DNA of 64,000 nt. It comes from a phage. Below the pieces are notes generated by a model. It made no database searches. It was not told where the DNA came from and worked only from the letters and a program-made list of their open reading frames with translations. A program made the translations under genes and the position numbers. Location: assembly GCA_024683775.1 (NCBI GenBank), contig GCA_024683775.1_4106.1. One strand, given 5' to 3'. Below, piece by piece: positions 45,783-55,456 of the stretch (its first letter is position 1; each line of letters starts with the position of its first letter).

Positions 45783-46347
45783 TTATATGACAGCCCGACA
45801 CCAACAGCTATATGATATCAGTACAAAGATGCTACACATTGTTGGTAGTGCCAAAGAAATTAACAAACATTACCTCATTCGTGATGTGTCATTTTCATCT
45901 AAATGTTTGTCCAAAGAATATTACGATCACGGTATTCTTACTATTTCTGGTGCCAGGAATATTTGTATTGTAAAAAATAATAGTAAAAGTAATGAAGAGT
46001 GCGAGATTAGATCCGATATCCAAATTAATGATGATGGAAGTTTTTCACACCATCCATTTCATATTAGTACTGTTGGTGTTTTATATAATATTAAAGTACT
46101 ATTCGGTGATAAAGAGTATGAGTTAAAAGCTATCAATCCAGAATCAAGTACAGTTGATGAAGAACTGTTTCAGATGAGCACCGTTATACCTGAAGAGGTT
46201 CTTAGTACTGTTGTTTTTTGTAGTTTAATTTATCACACATACAAAAAGAACCAGTTCGATTTCCACATTTTAGGAACGTACATCTTCAATACTTTGAATG
46301 TTGATCGTTTAAAAGCATTAAATGCAGCAATGGATAAGGTGCTATAA
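45769..46347 (+). CDS. family B protein (192 aa)
   Basis: Motif DEELFQMSTVIP. Confidence 0.7.
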   Translation: MNAYSYMTARHQQLYDISTKMLHIVGSAKEINKHYLIRDVSFSSKCLSKEYYDHGILTISGARNICIVKNNSKSNEECEIRSDIQINDDGSFSHHPFHISTVGVLYNIKVLFGDKEYELKAINPESSTVDEELFQMSTVIPEEVLSTVVFCSLIYHTYKKNQFDFHILGTYIFNTLNVDRLKALNAAMDKVL

Positions 46348-46775
46348 TGACAAGAGATGAATGCTTATACATATGGGATATAATTGAAACTACACTTTCA
46401 AATCCAGAAAATTATAAAACAAAAAAAAGACAACGACACAAAATATGGATAGATTTGTTCGTTGAGGGCATACACGCAGTGACTATTTGGGATTCACCGA
46501 GGGCATCATCATCTACTCTGTTGGACAATGAATGCATTGATTGCATTAATTCCAATTTTCATCTCCACGGTACTACATATTTCGGCACATTTCTGGATAT
46601 TGAAAGTAAAGATGATATTGATTCACTTGCTTTACAATACGGAGTACTGTATGATACTAAATTAATTTACGATTTAGTACTAGCTTCTTATGTGTATAAA
46701 TTAATGATGAAATACAATCACATTTCTGTATCAGTTTATACTAAGGATATTCTTTCATTAAGAGACAAAACATGA
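46347..46775 (+). CDS. hypothetical protein (142 aa), possibly divergent family B
   Basis: ORF; weak motif DSLALQYGVLYD. Confidence 0.55.
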   Translation: MTRDECLYIWDIIETTLSNPENYKTKKRQRHKIWIDLFVEGIHAVTIWDSPRASSSTLLDNECIDCINSNFHLHGTTYFGTFLDIESKDDIDSLALQYGVLYDTKLIYDLVLASYVYKLMMKYNHISVSVYTKDILSLRDKT

Positions 46776-47278
46776 GTTTATTAAATGCACGAGAATTAGT
46801 TGAGATGTATGAGATCTTATCTTCATATAAAAATTCCCCAAAAGATGTAATTCTAAACAAAAAGTTCCATGTCAGTGTTGAACATATAACAAATATAGAT
46901 ATGATTTCTTTGGTGGAAAGTAATAAGTCAGGTCTGGAGCGTGATATCATGCGTTTGATTTATATTCCTAAACCATCATATACTAATGATAGTACTATTA
47001 GCAATGAGACATTCATGTATAGTCCTGGTACGGATTCTACTATAGTATCGCTGTCAAATAAATCAATGGATACTTTCCAATTCATCTATACCAGTACTGA
47101 TAACATTGAAGAAAATGAATTCCAAAACAATACATTAAGTTCATGTAGTAGTGTTATAACCTTTATGTCATATCTGTGGTCAATCAAATCAAATGCAATT
47201 GTATATAGTTCTAATTACACACAAGATAGTATTGTTGAATCATTTAAAGTTCTAAAGGAATACTATGAAAATAACTAA
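46772..47278 (+). CDS. family B protein (168 aa)
   Basis: Motif EENEFQNNTLSS; ATGA overlap. Confidence 0.65.
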   Translation: MSLLNARELVEMYEILSSYKNSPKDVILNKKFHVSVEHITNIDMISLVESNKSGLERDIMRLIYIPKPSYTNDSTISNETFMYSPGTDSTIVSLSNKSMDTFQFIYTSTDNIEENEFQNNTLSSCSSVITFMSYLWSIKSNAIVYSSNYTQDSIVESFKVLKEYYENN

Positions 47279-47846
47279 TGATTTTATTAGAAGCTTAGTG
47301 CACCCTATGCTTGGTGTTATGAAAAAATTACAAACTCTACCTGAAGACAACGATTACAAGTTTAATCGTTTTGATTCAGATGTGTTTTGTATTGAAATGG
47401 AAATTAATAACAATCGTTATTTTCATTTAAAATTCAAAGAATCGTCGAGTTCGCACTACAACTTTGACATGAATTTTAAAATAAGCAATGATATTGAAGA
47501 AAACGCAATATCAAATCATATTAGCAGAAATGGTTTCATGCATAGAACTAATATGTTCAATAATAAAAACAGTATTATATCTAAATGGAATCATCAATTC
47601 ACTAAAATTTGTGATATTGATTGCAGTACATTTGGTGAAGAACAATACTTTCAGTTAAGTACAATACATGAACTTCCACCATATGATTGTGTAAAAACAT
47701 GGTTTGATATTCATAATATAATTGATGATGCAATCGTACTTCCATTTGGGTTGTCAATATCATATACTGCACCTAAAACGTTTGTTTTTACTGAAGATAT
47801 GATTATGAAAAAGATATGGGCGATGATGCCACTTATGCTTGATTAA
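47265..47846 (+). CDS. family B protein (193 aa)
   Basis: Motif EEQYFQLSTIHE; paralog of 47858. Confidence 0.7.
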   Translation: MKITNDFIRSLVHPMLGVMKKLQTLPEDNDYKFNRFDSDVFCIEMEINNNRYFHLKFKESSSSHYNFDMNFKISNDIEENAISNHISRNGFMHRTNMFNNKNSIISKWNHQFTKICDIDCSTFGEEQYFQLSTIHELPPYDCVKTWFDIHNIIDDAIVLPFGLSISYTAPKTFVFTEDMIMKKIWAMMPLMLD

Positions 47847-47857
47847 CGGAGAACTAC

Positions 47858-48409
47858 ATGAATCAAAGTCATGATCTTTTTAAATTATGTGCATCCAAAG
47901 ATGTGGAAGGATGGGCAGATAAAATCAATACAATTATTAACCGTTATCTTGGCTTCTGTGCACGTTCACGAAGTGAAGGTTCAATGCGTTTCCAAATAAC
48001 CATGACAATCGATGGTGTTACGATTTATGTCAACGAAGAGCGTCTTGGTATTATTCTCTATGATAGTTGTGTCTTTGCTATTCACCAGAAAATGGGGGCA
48101 GGTTGGGGTTGTAATAATATGAACACCAATGCTTTTTTCTGGGTAGGTCATAGCAACACAGTACTTGATCCTTCAAAGAAATCAAACCTTTTAGATGATA
48201 ATTTGGTATATGATTTAGCTTACTCTGAAGAACAACATTTCCAGTTAAGTACAATACATAGCTTAGTTCAATATGAAGATTGTATCAAAGCATTAGAATT
48301 ATGTCATTCACTTGAACTTAAAGAAAAATTGATACAAATTTACCCGTTGTTCTTCCATGAAGAAGTACAATGCACACTAGATCATATTTTATATGGGTAC
48401 GACAAATGA
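47858..48409 (+). CDS. family B protein (183 aa)
   Basis: Motif EEQHFQLSTIHS. Confidence 0.7.
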   Translation: MNQSHDLFKLCASKDVEGWADKINTIINRYLGFCARSRSEGSMRFQITMTIDGVTIYVNEERLGIILYDSCVFAIHQKMGAGWGCNNMNTNAFFWVGHSNTVLDPSKKSNLLDDNLVYDLAYSEEQHFQLSTIHSLVQYEDCIKALELCHSLELKEKLIQIYPLFFHEEVQCTLDHILYGYDK

Positions 48410-49008
48410 GAAAAAGTTATCAAGAAGCTATTGACCTAGTTCGAGAAGTTATTAAGGTGGCTCCAGGTGCGATAGCATTCAAGAAGTCCCTATATAAAAA
48501 GTATGGTCCCATGTCAAGTATGTGCTGTCAAAAGAAACGTAGTAAATTCACTACGCAGTACTGGCATGATTCTATTATCCTGAGTAATGAACATCAGCGT
48601 ATTTTAACAATCGAATCAGTAGATAATCAATATGGTGAAGGAATGATTTGTGTTCCTGACTATGATGAAATTAATTTCAATTGTGGAGATTATGAGACTA
48701 CATTATTATTACACGAGGGTTACCCTGAAGGTGATGTAATGGCAGAGTATAACCCAAAAACCAAAATACTGAAACGTGGTATGCAGTTCAAAATCAATAA
48801 CAAAGATGATGTGGAAGCAGCACTAATGCAACTTAGTACTAGTGAACCTATCACTATTGATGTAGAAGAGTTATGGGGAATCATTTCAGTACTTAATGAG
48901 TGTTATAAAATTAAATCATTACACAAGTACGCTATCATTTTACATACTAATTGTGCAATGATAAAATGCAAGAACATACAAGAGATGGCGGTTCCAGATG
49001 AACTTTAA
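48406..49008 (+). CDS. hypothetical protein (200 aa), possibly divergent family B
   Basis: ATGA overlap; weak motif VEAALMQLSTSE; trimmed from track ORF 48370. Confidence 0.55.
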   Translation: MRKSYQEAIDLVREVIKVAPGAIAFKKSLYKKYGPMSSMCCQKKRSKFTTQYWHDSIILSNEHQRILTIESVDNQYGEGMICVPDYDEINFNCGDYETTLLLHEGYPEGDVMAEYNPKTKILKRGMQFKINNKDDVEAALMQLSTSEPITIDVEELWGIISVLNECYKIKSLHKYAIILHTNCAMIKCKNIQEMAVPDEL

Positions 49009-49582
49009 AGAAATAGAAAGTAAAATTAAGTACTTTAAAGATATTAAAAAACTTTGGGAAAAGTATAAAATTGATTATCAATTCCAAGATGATGATACTG
49101 TTCAAAACATTGATATTAATATTCGTGTAAAGTTCAAGAATGGCAATTATGGCGAAGTTAAATTGAATGCTATTGGTATATTCCTTAAGGATTATGATGG
49201 TTCTTCACTCGCTCAATTCGATTTCACACCTGATCCTGATGATATGTTATTGAGTGAAGTCAATGCATATGACCTTGAGATGTTTAATGGTAAACCTTTA
49301 CTATTCCGCTTATCAGATGAATGGGATGAGATTTACTACACATACAAAGATGGTGTGATTCGAGACGCAAATGATGAAGTAGTAAATGATATGGAAGAAC
49401 GTCTATTTCAAGAATCATGTGTGTCATCGGAGTCATATACATATCAATATCTACTTGACATGTTCGATTTGTATAGTAAAATAGATTCAGAAATGAGTAC
49501 ATTGGGTATTCATTATCTTACAATCAACGACTTTGCACAACTTGAAACAGCGGTTAAAGCCCTTGTCAAAGTACTGAAATAG
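48998..49582 (+). CDS. family B protein (194 aa)
   Basis: Motif EERLFQESCVSS. Confidence 0.65.
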   Translation: MNFKEIESKIKYFKDIKKLWEKYKIDYQFQDDDTVQNIDINIRVKFKNGNYGEVKLNAIGIFLKDYDGSSLAQFDFTPDPDDMLLSEVNAYDLEMFNGKPLLFRLSDEWDEIYYTYKDGVIRDANDEVVNDMEERLFQESCVSSESYTYQYLLDMFDLYSKIDSEMSTLGIHYLTINDFAQLETAVKALVKVLK

Positions 49583-49591
49583 GAATGAATA

Positions 49592-50005
49592 ATGAAACTG
49601 TATCATGCGAGTACTGTAAAAATTGATAACTTTTATATCCCGTATGGTGGCCTTCATATGGGTGGCAAACACAGTGCTTTAGAAGCTGCATTACGCAAGC
49701 TGAGAAGCCCACTGAACGTTGTTGACGCTGATACAGTATACTTACATACCTTAGAAGTTGATGTTGATAACGTGCTTCTGTGGACGGATATGGGCAGTGA
49801 CGACGAATGGCGTGGAGTGATTGAGTACTGCGAAATTAACGGCTATGATGCAGTTCAGTACAAAAACGATTACGAACCAGATACAGTTCCTAGCTATATG
49901 ATTTGGGATACGTCTAAGGTTCGCATTGTTGAAGTTGATGCTATGCACATGGATGACGCAGAAATGATCATCGAAGATTTCCTTGATGAATATGAAGGTG
50001 TATAA
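49592..50005 (+). CDS. hypothetical acidic protein (137 aa), compositionally distinct
   Basis: ORF; SD TAGGAATGAATA upstream; visibly higher GC than neighbours; no family motif. Confidence 0.65.
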   Translation: MKLYHASTVKIDNFYIPYGGLHMGGKHSALEAALRKLRSPLNVVDADTVYLHTLEVDVDNVLLWTDMGSDDEWRGVIEYCEINGYDAVQYKNDYEPDTVPSYMIWDTSKVRIVEVDAMHMDDAEMIIEDFLDEYEGV

Positions 50006-50523
50006 TGATTGAACCTATGACAGTACTAGCACGTACTAAATTATTATTGAAGATTGCTGAAATATTCACTGTTCTTATGTACAATAATAAAGACATAAAT
50101 GACTTAGATATTAAGCAACCGTGGCAAATTACAAAGTTCACGGCGTTCCACCGATTGTCATATAATGGTGAAACTGTTCTTGATTTTAATCCAAAAGCCA
50201 AGTTCGTGAATTACGCTGCATTATATGGATGTAATGGTGGATTAACAAATGACTTCACTAAAATAAAAGTACAATCAGAATCATTAGAATTTAATGACTT
50301 ACTATATCCAGAATTTAAGTTAACTGAAGAATCACTATTTCAGTACTCACTAATTATAAAAGATGTATATGATCTTGAGTACTACAAAGAGTTAGTAGAT
50401 ATTTTTAAGAATACTCGACTTTCAAAAGATATTGTGATATTCTGGTATGTTGAGTATGTTACAGAGGAATTGCTTGAAGAATTTCTTCTAAATATGACAG
50501 CAATCAAGGAGAAGTTATGTTAG
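50005..50523 (+). CDS. family B protein (172 aa)
   Basis: Motif EESLFQYSLIIK. Confidence 0.7.
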   Translation: MIEPMTVLARTKLLLKIAEIFTVLMYNNKDINDLDIKQPWQITKFTAFHRLSYNGETVLDFNPKAKFVNYAALYGCNGGLTNDFTKIKVQSESLEFNDLLYPEFKLTEESLFQYSLIIKDVYDLEYYKELVDIFKNTRLSKDIVIFWYVEYVTEELLEEFLLNMTAIKEKLC

Positions 50524-50990
50524 ACATTTTAGGAAACATCGATACAGCAAATTATTTTATTCAAGATGCACTGTTCAATACAGTACAGAAAGGGTTGGAT
50601 GTACGATGTAATATCCATCAGGGAGATGGGTATTTTGTTGATATCACTGAAACACGCAAGAACGTGTTCAATTTAAACATTACCACATTAGCACGTCAGA
50701 ACATTGCACGCATTCTGGTCAATAAAGATGAAATAGTTCTTCGTTATAATTCCAAATTCTTGTTCACATACAAGAAGAAGACTGACATGTTCAGTACTAA
50801 TTTGTTTGATGAACCCTTCAATCTGGAAGACTTAGAAGCAACTTTCTTTACACAGAACACTATGCTGAAATTCAATGATGTTGAATTTTCATCAGAAGTA
50901 ATGTCTGAAACACTACAAATGGTTAAGGTAGTATTCTATGCTTTTCAACAGTTTAACGAAGAACGAAACAAGGTTAACAACAACAGATGA
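50517..50990 (+). CDS. hypothetical protein (157 aa), possibly divergent family B
   Basis: Weak motif LEATFFTQNTML. Confidence 0.55.
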   Translation: MLDILGNIDTANYFIQDALFNTVQKGLDVRCNIHQGDGYFVDITETRKNVFNLNITTLARQNIARILVNKDEIVLRYNSKFLFTYKKKTDMFSTNLFDEPFNLEDLEATFFTQNTMLKFNDVEFSSEVMSETLQMVKVVFYAFQQFNEERNKVNNNR

Positions 50991-51351
50991 ACTAATCGCG
51001 GCGATGGGAGCCAATGAGAAATACTTCAATGGGATTCATTTTTTTAAAACAGATCTTAGTGAAAGTAAAGTACTATATGTGTATGGTTCCCAGTACTGCA
51101 TTGTTACAAAGCACCCCGATGCGATTTCACTAAAATTTAATACTTATTCAAAAAACTTCTTGACGATTAATAAAAGCAATGTTACTATGTCTGGTATAGG
51201 GAATCAGGTTGTTGAGATTCCTTTGGACTCAATTGATTCTATTGAGTTCTTTCAATACGAGTGCTTAGGTGTTGATTTTGGTACTGTCAGTACTGAATCT
51301 ATGCGAACATTAATTAATTTACTTAAAGGTAAAGTTCATGCTTTTAACTAA
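50938..51351 (+). CDS. family B protein (137 aa)
   Basis: Motif SIEFFQYECLGV; start overlaps previous gene by 53 nt, alternative ATG at 51004. Confidence 0.55.
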   Translation: MLFNSLTKNETRLTTTDELIAAMGANEKYFNGIHFFKTDLSESKVLYVYGSQYCIVTKHPDAISLKFNTYSKNFLTINKSNVTMSGIGNQVVEIPLDSIDSIEFFQYECLGVDFGTVSTESMRTLINLLKGKVHAFN

Positions 51352-51838
51352 TTCGATGAAGTATTCATTTAAAATTATCAAAGAAATACTAAATGGATCT
51401 AAAAATCATAGTGGGTCTTCCTTTACTAGTGACCAGATCCAACACAGTACAAAGGATTGTACTGTAATCTTTGGGTTACATAGTCTGCGTTTGACAATAG
51501 TAAATAATATTGATAACACAGCAATTGTAATCACCCCATGTCATATTCAGAATGATACTGGTGTATACTTACACCACATGGGGACTGTATTCTACATCTT
51601 CAATACTGAAGAAAACATTGTTAAAGAATACAACACACTCAATGTTGATGCAGGTGAGTTATTCCAATTGAGTACTGTCAATGATTGTAACTTCAGTGAC
51701 AATGCAGAAGTACTTCCATTGTTTCTAAGTCTTCTCAATAACATGGAAAAACTAACCACTGCATACAACAAAAGTGACGTACCGCAAGCAGTATTGAATA
51801 TCACCGAAGCAATGGAGAAATACAAAGCTGTGACCTAA
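51338..51838 (+). CDS. family B protein (166 aa)
   Basis: Motif AGELFQLSTVND. Confidence 0.7.
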   Translation: MLLTNSMKYSFKIIKEILNGSKNHSGSSFTSDQIQHSTKDCTVIFGLHSLRLTIVNNIDNTAIVITPCHIQNDTGVYLHHMGTVFYIFNTEENIVKEYNTLNVDAGELFQLSTVNDCNFSDNAEVLPLFLSLLNNMEKLTTAYNKSDVPQAVLNITEAMEKYKAVT

Positions 51839-51880
51839 TATATGTGCACATGGAGTGCCTTTGAAGATCAAGGATAGATC

Positions 51881-52354
51881 ATGGAGATTAAAACTGTTGA
51901 GAATGGAAAGATAGATGACATTTTAGAGTTGGACGCATTCAAAGTTCATGATATAATGTTCAATGTAAAGGACATAATTCAGTGCTTGTTTTTATGCAGT
52001 AAAACTATGCACGACTTCTTTCACAATCCAAATACTAATGTTTTCATACTAACAATCAGTACTAGTAATTCGTTTATCATGGGTATGCCTATGAGTACAA
52101 ATGACGAGTACATTGATTGTGTTATTCGTAACAATGATAATATTACCCCACAATCTGAAGTACGTAAGAAAAAGAATACATACACCATCAAAGATGATAA
52201 AATCATGATGTGTTGTAGTAAAGGGTTTATTTTGGATAATTTTAAAGTGAAAGATAGTTATCATGATTTTAAAGTATCAGAGACACAAACTAATGTAGTT
52301 CTTTACGCAAGTGATATTGAAAGCCTAACAGTTAAAGATCCCGATTTGGAGTAA
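51881..52354 (+). CDS. hypothetical protein (157 aa)
   Basis: ORF; no family motif. Confidence 0.55.
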   Translation: MEIKTVENGKIDDILELDAFKVHDIMFNVKDIIQCLFLCSKTMHDFFHNPNTNVFILTISTSNSFIMGMPMSTNDEYIDCVIRNNDNITPQSEVRKKKNTYTIKDDKIMMCCSKGFILDNFKVKDSYHDFKVSETQTNVVLYASDIESLTVKDPDLE

Positions 52355-52356
52355 GT

Positions 52357-52488
52357 ATGGCTAAAAATGTAAACAACTTTGTACAAAAGCATATGAATGA
52401 GTTTAATAAACCTCAAACACATGTGGACCGTAAAAAAGCAATGAAGAATGGTAAAGTAAAACACAAGTCGAGATTTATTCTCGACTAA
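52357..52488 (+). CDS. hypothetical Lys-rich small protein (43 aa)
   Basis: ORF not in track; starts 3 nt after previous stop. Confidence 0.4.
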   Translation: MAKNVNNFVQKHMNEFNKPQTHVDRKKAMKNGKVKHKSRFILD

Positions 52489-52521
52489 TTTTTTGTCCGA
52501 AATTTAGGAGATTGTATTACG

Positions 52522-53370
52522 ATGGATATCGCAGATTTTCGTAATTTCAAAAAGTATTCAGTACTTGAGCATATAAATGAATTTCTGAATTCCCCAACAC
52601 CGTTTGGTATCAGTTCATCAGATGCATACGATGGGTATACAATCTTCCCATGCAATGACTTTCAAATTTCTGTCAAAAAAGGTACTTCAAAAGAAGTTGC
52701 AATTCGTGATGTTGTACTGTATAGCGATTCTTCTATTTCTTACTGTCATGATGTGAACAATTTTGAATCTCTTTCAACACCTAATTGTTCATACTACAAA
52801 TCCAATGACACAATGATGTACAAAGAAGAACACGTCAATGGGGTTTCGTTTTATAAAACCGCCAGTGATAAATCTTATACATCTAGAGATGATTTTGGAA
52901 AATATACATGCACTATGTATACGGATGATGAAACATCAAATCGTATTCATTCATTCGAATCCAAATTCAAAGAGAGTGAAGTTTCAAATATCACTATACA
53001 AGAAAAGGTTACCGAAGATGGTGTTGTGTATCGTAGTACTGCATTCTTCCGAATGAAAGATATTGCATCTGGTCGCCCAATGATGTATAATATTGACATA
53101 TCCATGAAAGGTGAATCATCGGAAGTAGTGATTAGTACTGGTTATCGTGCCAACTACACATTTACAATGGAATCACCTGATGCATCGTTGGTACATCTAT
53201 TCAACAATTTATATACTTTCCAATTCGAACTTGGTTTCGAAACAAATGAATATCAAATATTTGAGATATTAAAAAGTAATATTATTAATAAATTGGAATA
53301 TTACTTCAAGTTAGGCGGGAAGATGAACATAGTTAATACTATGTTACGCAACATAAAAGAAACAATGTAA
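52522..53370 (+). CDS. hypothetical protein (282 aa)
   Basis: Long ORF; SD TAGGAGA upstream. Confidence 0.7.
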   Translation: MDIADFRNFKKYSVLEHINEFLNSPTPFGISSSDAYDGYTIFPCNDFQISVKKGTSKEVAIRDVVLYSDSSISYCHDVNNFESLSTPNCSYYKSNDTMMYKEEHVNGVSFYKTASDKSYTSRDDFGKYTCTMYTDDETSNRIHSFESKFKESEVSNITIQEKVTEDGVVYRSTAFFRMKDIASGRPMMYNIDISMKGESSEVVISTGYRANYTFTMESPDASLVHLFNNLYTFQFELGFETNEYQIFEILKSNIINKLEYYFKLGGKMNIVNTMLRNIKETM

Positions 53371-53386
53371 TTATGGAGGATTTGGT

Positions 53387-53680
53387 ATGGATACTAAATT
53401 CAAACTTATTTTCAAAACAGAGCCGTATATCCCTTATACTGGTGAACGTTTTATTCCACCTGGTGCAGTGGAGATTGAGCATCCTGATGGAACAAAATTG
53501 TATCTCAGCCCATGTTCGTATGAACGTGCAGTTGAAATGCTAATTATGAATAGCAAACACTGTAGTAATAAGTACATTAGCTACTTATACAATGAACATA
53601 TTCTAGAATTTAATGATGAGAATATGTTTATGCTGGCTATTAACGATTTCAATAACTGGCACGAAAGTTTGACTATTTGA
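53387..53680 (+). CDS. hypothetical protein (97 aa)
   Basis: ORF; SD TGGAGGA upstream. Confidence 0.65.
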   Translation: MDTKFKLIFKTEPYIPYTGERFIPPGAVEIEHPDGTKLYLSPCSYERAVEMLIMNSKHCSNKYISYLYNEHILEFNDENMFMLAINDFNNWHESLTI

Positions 53681-53751
53681 TAAAATATTGTGGACATGAC
53701 AATTCCTTGTGATATAATGTTCACATCTTTTTTTGATAAATGGAGATATAG

Positions 53752-54138
53752 ATGAATACAAGTTCTGTTCTAAAAGCTATTGGTGGTGTACTTCTGATTG
53801 AAGTCCAGGGTGAACCTAAGCTATGTTGCTTAGAAGACATGAAGAATACTAAACACTTCAGTACTGGACAGATTTTCAATGCTATTCGTGTTCTTAACGA
53901 CAAATCAGTACAAGACTATGGAAAGGTATGGCCTTCGTATGTAAATCCTGAAGGTGAAATTAGTGCTGATTGGAAAACAATTGAAGCAGTACGTGTGAGT
54001 TGTGAGAGCGATTGGGATTTCATCGTTGAAGTATGTGACCAACTGCAAGAAGATGTGCCAGAGATTGTCGAACGTAAAGAAGTTCTTGCACAACTTGATA
54101 AATTCCGTCACGGTACTCTACCGTATGACGTAATCTAA
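53752..54138 (+). CDS. hypothetical protein (128 aa)
   Basis: ORF; extended -10 promoter (TGATATAAT) and SD AAATGGAGA upstream. Confidence 0.65.
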   Translation: MNTSSVLKAIGGVLLIEVQGEPKLCCLEDMKNTKHFSTGQIFNAIRVLNDKSVQDYGKVWPSYVNPEGEISADWKTIEAVRVSCESDWDFIVEVCDQLQEDVPEIVERKEVLAQLDKFRHGTLPYDVI

Positions 54139-54189
54139 TCTGATTTATTAAAAACTATCTAACTAACATTATATAAAAAGGAATTTAAA

Positions 54190-54495
54190 ATGGAAGACAA
54201 CGGAATGAAATTTGATATGTTTGAAGGTGTACCAGAGTTCGATTTCAATAAACTTGAAAATGGTGAAGAATCAGAACTAGTAAGTGTTACACTAAAATCA
54301 GATACCAAAAAGAAATATTCCCCATCAGTTCGTTCACGTTCTCAAGAAGAATATGAAACCTTCATTGAGAGTATTCATTACGAAACGTTCCATCATGCAG
54401 ATGGTACTCCGTATGAAGTTCGTGTTACAGTACTGAAGCCTGAAGTAAACCCAATGGAAAATCTACGTCCTGTTTACTGCTGGGCAAGCCACTAA
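54190..54495 (+). CDS. hypothetical protein (101 aa)
   Basis: ORF; SD AAAGGAA upstream; terminator downstream. Confidence 0.65.
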   Translation: MEDNGMKFDMFEGVPEFDFNKLENGEESELVSVTLKSDTKKKYSPSVRSRSQEEYETFIESIHYETFHHADGTPYEVRVTVLKPEVNPMENLRPVYCWASH

Positions 54496-54504
54496 TAAAC
54501 CAAA

Positions 54505-54535
54505 GGACGGGATATAATATCTCGTCCTTTTTTTG
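54505..54535 (+). terminator. rho-independent terminator
   Basis: Hairpin GGACGGG...CTCGTCC followed by TTTTTTT. Confidence 0.7.
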
Positions 54536-54546
54536 TCTGGAGATAT

Positions 54547-55395
54547 ATGAAACTTTATCTAATCGTTGACTACAGTAAGGGTTATTATGACTACGCAGAA
54601 GAATCTGAAGGGTATTGCTCGTCTACTAATGTCAATGTACGCACCAGTAGTACACATGAGCATGAATCTATTACAAACCTAAAAGATTTCATCGCATATC
54701 GAGCATTTGAAAAGAATTTCTGTCGTAGTAGATATTCGAAGTTTGAGTACCCGTTAATTGATGTTCCTGATGAATTGATGTTCCAGTTAATGCTAACTGG
54801 AGTTCAAGATTATGATTACATCGCGTACAATCACATTACTAAGAAAATTTATATCGGTACGTCAACACATGACATTTCTATGTATGCATCATGCCCGGAT
54901 GATCGAATGAATGATAGAAAATCATACTATAGTGGATCAGTTGGTTCAAATGATTCATTAAATGAAAATTTATTCTTTGAGTACGAGTTTGATAATCATC
55001 GAGGGAAAAAAGACCGAGAAGATTATTGTACTGAAATTGATAGTACCAATGGATATGAAGAAGTGAAAGAAGCGATAATGCCATATATCCTTGACAAGTA
55101 CTACAAAGATTTTCAGTACTGTAGTAATTTTCTAATCCGAAATTCTATCATAATCGGTCGTCAAAGTACTGCATTCTCTAAGTACTACAATGATTCCCCT
55201 GTTGCTGAAAATGAAAACTGTAATATTCTCTCAATCCCACGTGAAGATATGGTATTCATGTTCACATCTTTCATTGAAGATGATGAGTTGTATGTAAAAA
55301 ACAAGCACAGGTTCATGCCAAGTAAGATTGAGGTTATGAGAAGCTTAAGTGCAGATATCTTAACGAATTTCACTGAAAAAACAGAATACAACTGA
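54547..55395 (+). CDS. hypothetical protein (282 aa)
   Basis: Long ORF; SD CTGGAGATA upstream; contains a family B-like motif DELMFQLMLTGV. Confidence 0.65.
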   Translation: MKLYLIVDYSKGYYDYAEESEGYCSSTNVNVRTSSTHEHESITNLKDFIAYRAFEKNFCRSRYSKFEYPLIDVPDELMFQLMLTGVQDYDYIAYNHITKKIYIGTSTHDISMYASCPDDRMNDRKSYYSGSVGSNDSLNENLFFEYEFDNHRGKKDREDYCTEIDSTNGYEEVKEAIMPYILDKYYKDFQYCSNFLIRNSIIIGRQSTAFSKYYNDSPVAENENCNILSIPREDMVFMFTSFIEDDELYVKNKHRFMPSKIEVMRSLSADILTNFTEKTEYN

Positions 55396-55425
55396 GACAT
55401 ACCATAAGTTTATGATATAATGTAA

Positions 55426-55456
55426 GGTGACAGCAGAATATGTTGTCACCTTTTTT
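55426..55456 (+). terminator. rho-independent terminator
   Basis: Hairpin GGTGACA...TGTCACC followed by TTTTTT. Confidence 0.7.

Noticed and set aside
52838-53056. Internal alternative-frame + strand ORFs (52838-53056, 25997-26221, 27852-28220, 34694-34909, 35023-35268, 40930-41196, 41280-41501, 58389-58598)
   Set aside because: Fully nested in longer ORFs that carry the family motifs or have RBS support; typical chance ORFs in AT-rich DNA.
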